From a virus, in IMG/VR virus record IMGVR_UViG_3300022188_000008, positions 1 through 64,000 of that record: 64,000 nucleotides of DNA; one strand, given 5' to 3'. A model generated the notes under the pieces. The model was not told where the DNA came from. It worked only from the letters and a program-made list of their open reading frames with translations, and ran no database searches. A program made the translations under genes and the position numbers. The first letter of the stretch is position 1, and each line of letters begins with the position of its first letter. Below are positions 60,577 through 64,000 of this stretch, piece by piece.

Positions 60577-60978
60577 ATGTCTAAAAAGGAGAAAGTAACT
60601 GAAGCAGATAAAGAATTTTCTGAAGATATTAAAACACAATTAACAAGAGAAGTTGTAGTTGAGGATGTTAAGATAAAGCCTTACACTTTCGGTCAATTCA
60701 TAGAATTGACACCTATACTTGAAAGGATATATAAAGAGATTGAGGAAAAAGAACTTTTTAAAGATGGATTCCCTGAGAAATTAGAATTTAAAGGGGATTT
60801 CATTAAATTATATATGATAGCAGCAAAAGATATGATTAAACTCATATCTCTTGCTTGCCCAGAAGTTACTGATGATGAGATTAAAGAATGGCCTATAGAA
60901 AAAGGGATGCTAATATTAGCTACTATTTTCTACATTAATTTAGGCTTCCTAAAAAATATTTCAGCTCTCTTTACCTAA
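60577..60978 (+). CDS. Tail assembly chaperone (G)
   Basis: Lies between tail tube and tape measure genes; slippery site near its end. Confidence 0.72.
   Translation: MSKKEKVTEADKEFSEDIKTQLTREVVVEDVKIKPYTFGQFIELTPILERIYKEIEEKELFKDGFPEKLEFKGDFIKLYMIAAKDMIKLISLACPEVTDDEIKEWPIEKGMLILATIFYINLGFLKNISALFT
60951..60957 (+). other. -1 programmed frameshift site A AAA AAT
   Basis: The -1 frame is open from 60954 into the 61038-61394 ORF. Confidence 0.72.
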
Positions 60979-61394
60979 AAAAAGCACCTGGAGGTAAGAG
61001 AGAGCAATATACATTATTACTAACAGATATATTCCAGGTGCTGATATCAAACGGGCATTCCTACCATGATATTTTAAATACCTACTCTATTTCGCAAACC
61101 TATGCTTTTTATGATTCTATAATAAGGCACGAATCACGAAAAAAATATGATTTCTTTGCTACTTTAGCAACTACAATAGGTTCAGCGATATCATTACAAT
61201 TAGCATCTACAAGTAAAAAGGCTTTTAAGGAAGCTGCAAAAAGATGGGATAAATTAGTACGATTTTTTAATAAGCAGAGTATAGAGACAATAAAGAAGAA
61301 AGAGAAGAAAGAAGATAAAGCAAGGAAAGTGCTAAATCAATTATTATCTTTAGTTCCTGTAGTACCGGAGAGTAAGAAAAATGACGGTAGCTGA
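60954..61394 (+). CDS. Tail assembly chaperone (T portion of the GT fusion)
   Basis: Reached by the -1 frameshift; LISNGHS..I..Y...Q...F motif. Confidence 0.68.
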   Translation, partial: KYFSSLYLKKAPGGKREQYTLLLTDIFQVLISNGHSYHDILNTYSISQTYAFYDSIIRHESRKKYDFFATLATTIGSAISLQLASTSKKAFKEAAKRWDKLVRFFNKQSIETIKKKEKKEDKARKVLNQLLSLVPVVPESKKNDGS

Positions 61395-64000
61395 ACTCAT
61401 AGCAACATTAGCATTAGATTTTGAAGATCAGGCATCTGCAAAGGCTTCTAAAGCAGCTAGATCATTAGAAGCATCTCTGAGAGGCATAAATATAGAAGGC
61501 GCAATCAAAGGCGATCCTTTCAGTAGAACCTATAAGTATGTCAATGCTTTTAGGGATCAATTTAGAGTGTTATCTAAAGAACTGACGGCAGGTTTAGATC
61601 TTAAGATTAAAGGAAAGCAGCTCCCAGGCGTAAAAACCTTAATAAACAACATAGAAAAAATAGATAATAACTATGTAAGAGCAAAGACATCCTTAGATGT
61701 TTTTAACAATGCTATAAAAGAAGCTACCTCATTATATGCTGATTTTGGACAATCAGGAGTTATGTCTAGCGAGGAGATAGATGAGGCCCTAGGAAGATTG
61801 GCATATGATTTAAGAGAAGTAAAAGCTAACCTCTCTAGCGTCAGAATATCTCCAGAATTAAATAAAGAGATACGAGGATCTATTTTACCTGCTGTGGAAG
61901 AAATGATAAAAGCATTTGATAAAGGAGGGGTTTCTTCTAAAACGGCCTTTGAAAAAGCAGTAGAAGGTATAAAAGATTTTGATTTGATAAATAAAGTAGC
62001 TCTTACTGGTCTTCAGAAATTAATACAAGAGATTGATCTTCTTAATAAGAAAACTGAACAGTTTTATACAAAGAAGAATATAATGGCTACTCCTACTACA
62101 CAATTAGGAGGGGCTTATACTGATATTCTGTCAAAGTTAGGGAAAACCCGTTCTGAATTATCTCAATTATTAGGGCTATTAAGTTCTGAATTTGAATATG
62201 TTCCAAGAATGGCAGAAAGAGTTCGATCTCAAGTAGCTGCTCTTGCGAAATCAGGGTATGACCTGAGTAACATAGAGGTAAGAAATATTAAGAAAGTAGT
62301 ACAATATAGGGATATTGAACTACAATCTCTACAGGTAAAAGCCAATCTTTTAAGAGCAGGCTTAGTATCAGAACAAGAAGCAGTCAATATCATAAAACAG
62401 GCTTCAAATTATGCTCAGAAATATAATCTCGAATTAAAAGATGTATTAACTACCCTTAATATGTCTACAAAAGATTGGGCAACATTCTATATTGCTTCTC
62501 TTAAATCAGATGCTGCTGTTCAGAAGATACGTACTGAGTTGGATACAGTTAACTTGTTGTTGAGAGAGGCTTGGACTCTTGGGAAATCAATTAATAGCGA
62601 GGTATTGATAGCTCTTAGGAGAAGACAAAAAGAGTTGGAATTGGAAGCAAAACTGATTGAATTTGAAGATAAAAGAGTTTTTTCTGTAGCAGAAGTTGTT
62701 AAATATTACGATTTAATAGTAGAAAAAGTCCGTGCTTCTCTAGGTATTGATATAAGTAAGAATCTTAAGCAAGCTATTTTTACTATTGCTGAGATTAATA
62801 CACAATTAGAGAGCCAATATAATATAGAATCTAATATTGCAAAATTAAGAAAAATAATTGCTGATTCATATATTAAAGATTTTGATATTATTAAATTAAT
62901 AGAAACATCAGGACTGACGAGAGAGAAGATAGAAGAATCTATAGCTATTGCAAGAGAACAATCCATAAAATCATTACAACTTCAATATGAACTTGGAATA
63001 CTTAATGAATCTTCTCAAGCTAAGTTACGAGATGAGTTACTACAACAAACTGAACTTACAAGAGAGCAGCAGGTTTTATTGGGAAAATTAAATACTGAAC
63101 TAAGTATAGAGAAATCTGCATATTCCAACTTATTAGCAGAACAGGAAAGATTAAATAATCTCCTAAAAGCGCAGAAACAATATCTCAGTAATCTCAAAGT
63201 AACAAGTGGAAGTAGTGAGGATATAAAAGATGCCGAAAGAATCCTTTCATTAATTAAGGAGAGGAAACGAGTTGTAGATGAGACCCTTTCAGTTACTCAA
63301 CAATTAACTGATTTATCAGATAGGAATGTCAAAGATGTAGAAAGAGAAGTACGTTCACGAGTTGAGGCAGAAAAAGTACTACGCTCTATAACTAAAGAGA
63401 AGATAAACCAGCTCACTACAGATATAGAAAGTTTAAAATCAGTTTCTGAACTTAGAGCAAAAGAACAGCAGATATTAAATATCCTGAAAACAACTACTAA
63501 ATTTGTAACTGCTAATGGTAAACTTACAAAGGAATGGAGGGATAGAACTAAGAAATTAGAAGAAACTCTAGGCATAGTTAGGGAAAAACTAAGAAAGATC
63601 GAAGCAGAAACATCAAGAACTCAGAAAACAATATCTGGTGCAAGAAGTATTCTTTCTGGTTTTTTTAATATTAGATTAGTAGGCGTTTTTATGCTCTATC
63701 GTACTTTATGGGAATTACGTAGAGCTTTCTCAGATTTAGCTAAGTCAGCTATGGAAGTCGAAGACAAAATGAAGAAATTTGAAACAATAACTCTTGCTAC
63801 TACAGAGTCTGTTTCTTTAGCAACAGATACTGTAAAGGATCTATCTACTAAATATGCCTTAGCAGCTACAGATATTGCAGATGCACTTATTAAGATTGGA
63901 CAAGCTGGGTATACTGCTCAAGAATCTATTTCTTTGATAAGTTCTACATCGCAATTAGCTGTAGCTACAGGTTCAGAATTAGGGGATACTGTAAATCTTA
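61381..64000 (+). CDS. Tape measure protein (3' end beyond the window; absent from the ORF track)
   Basis: Long open helical frame from MTVAELIATL; TP901-like core near the end (GQAGYTAQE..., LAVATGSELG). Confidence 0.85.
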   Translation, partial: MTVAELIATLALDFEDQASAKASKAARSLEASLRGINIEGAIKGDPFSRTYKYVNAFRDQFRVLSKELTAGLDLKIKGKQLPGVKTLINNIEKIDNNYVRAKTSLDVFNNAIKEATSLYADFGQSGVMSSEEIDEALGRLAYDLREVKANLSSVRISPELNKEIRGSILPAVEEMIKAFDKGGVSSKTAFEKAVEGIKDFDLINKVALTGLQKLIQEIDLLNKKTEQFYTKKNIMATPTTQLGGAYTDILSKLGKTRSELSQLLGLLSSEFEYVPRMAERVRSQVAALAKSGYDLSNIEVRNIKKVVQYRDIELQSLQVKANLLRAGLVSEQEAVNIIKQASNYAQKYNLELKDVLTTLNMSTKDWATFYIASLKSDAAVQKIRTELDTVNLLLREAWTLGKSINSEVLIALRRRQKELELEAKLIEFEDKRVFSVAEVVKYYDLIVEKVRASLGIDISKNLKQAIFTIAEINTQLESQYNIESNIAKLRKIIADSYIKDFDIIKLIETSGLTREKIEESIAIAREQSIKSLQLQYELGILNESSQAKLRDELLQQTELTREQQVLLGKLNTELSIEKSAYSNLLAEQERLNNLLKAQKQYLSNLKVTSGSSEDIKDAERILSLIKERKRVVDETLSVTQQLTDLSDRNVKDVEREVRSRVEAEKVLRSITKEKINQLTTDIESLKSVSELRAKEQQILNILKTTTKFVTANGKLTKEWRDRTKKLEETLGIVREKLRKIEAETSRTQKTISGARSILSGFFNIRLVGVFMLYRTLWELRRAFSDLAKSAMEVEDKMKKFETITLATTESVSLATDTVKDLSTKYALAATDIADALIKIGQAGYTAQESISLISSTSQLAVATGSELGDTVNL

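Noticed and set aside
1-64000. Stop-codon reassignment, diversity-generating retroelement, integrase or RtcB ligase
   Set aside because: Long genes are intact under the standard code with TAA, TAG and TGA all used as stops; no RT, recombinase or RtcB motifs were seen in this window

Overview
AT-rich 64-kb segment of a tailed dsDNA bacteriophage (siphovirus-like tail module; no host genes or integrase seen). Positions 1-45.6 kb are transcribed leftwards. They carry nucleotide metabolism (dCMP deaminase, thymidylate synthase-like), recombination (Mre11/Rad50, intein-containing RecA-like, SSB), replication (UDG-fused family A polymerase, clamp-loader-like, clamp-like, primase-helicase, plasmid-type Rep with iterons), a SNF2 helicase, a PEP-utilising enzyme plus PTP phosphatase, and about 25 small early ORFs. 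Positions 46.6-64 kb are transcribed rightwards: terminase, portal, scaffold, capsid, neck, tail tube, frameshifted tail chaperones and an incomplete tape measure gene. The most striking unexplained element is at 2825-3351 (minus strand). A sigma70-type promoter drives six structured RNA units directly into a Ro60/TROVE-like vWA (DUF2828-type) gene. Four units share an 8-bp variable but perfectly paired stem followed by UNCAGCAAA, at least two display canonical anticodon stem-loops (CAU, UUG), and one is a shrunken tRNA-like cloverleaf. This is a candidate phage Ro-like/tRNA-mimic ribonucleoprotein system. Other notable items: three tandem counter-transcribed anti-RBS sRNA units upstream of Rep, a sigma54-like promoter with enhancer-like palindromes, a strand-polarised CCTCGAT motif in the early region, and an unannotated non-AUG basic ORF in the tail module. 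Protein family calls come from motif recognition only; no searches were run.
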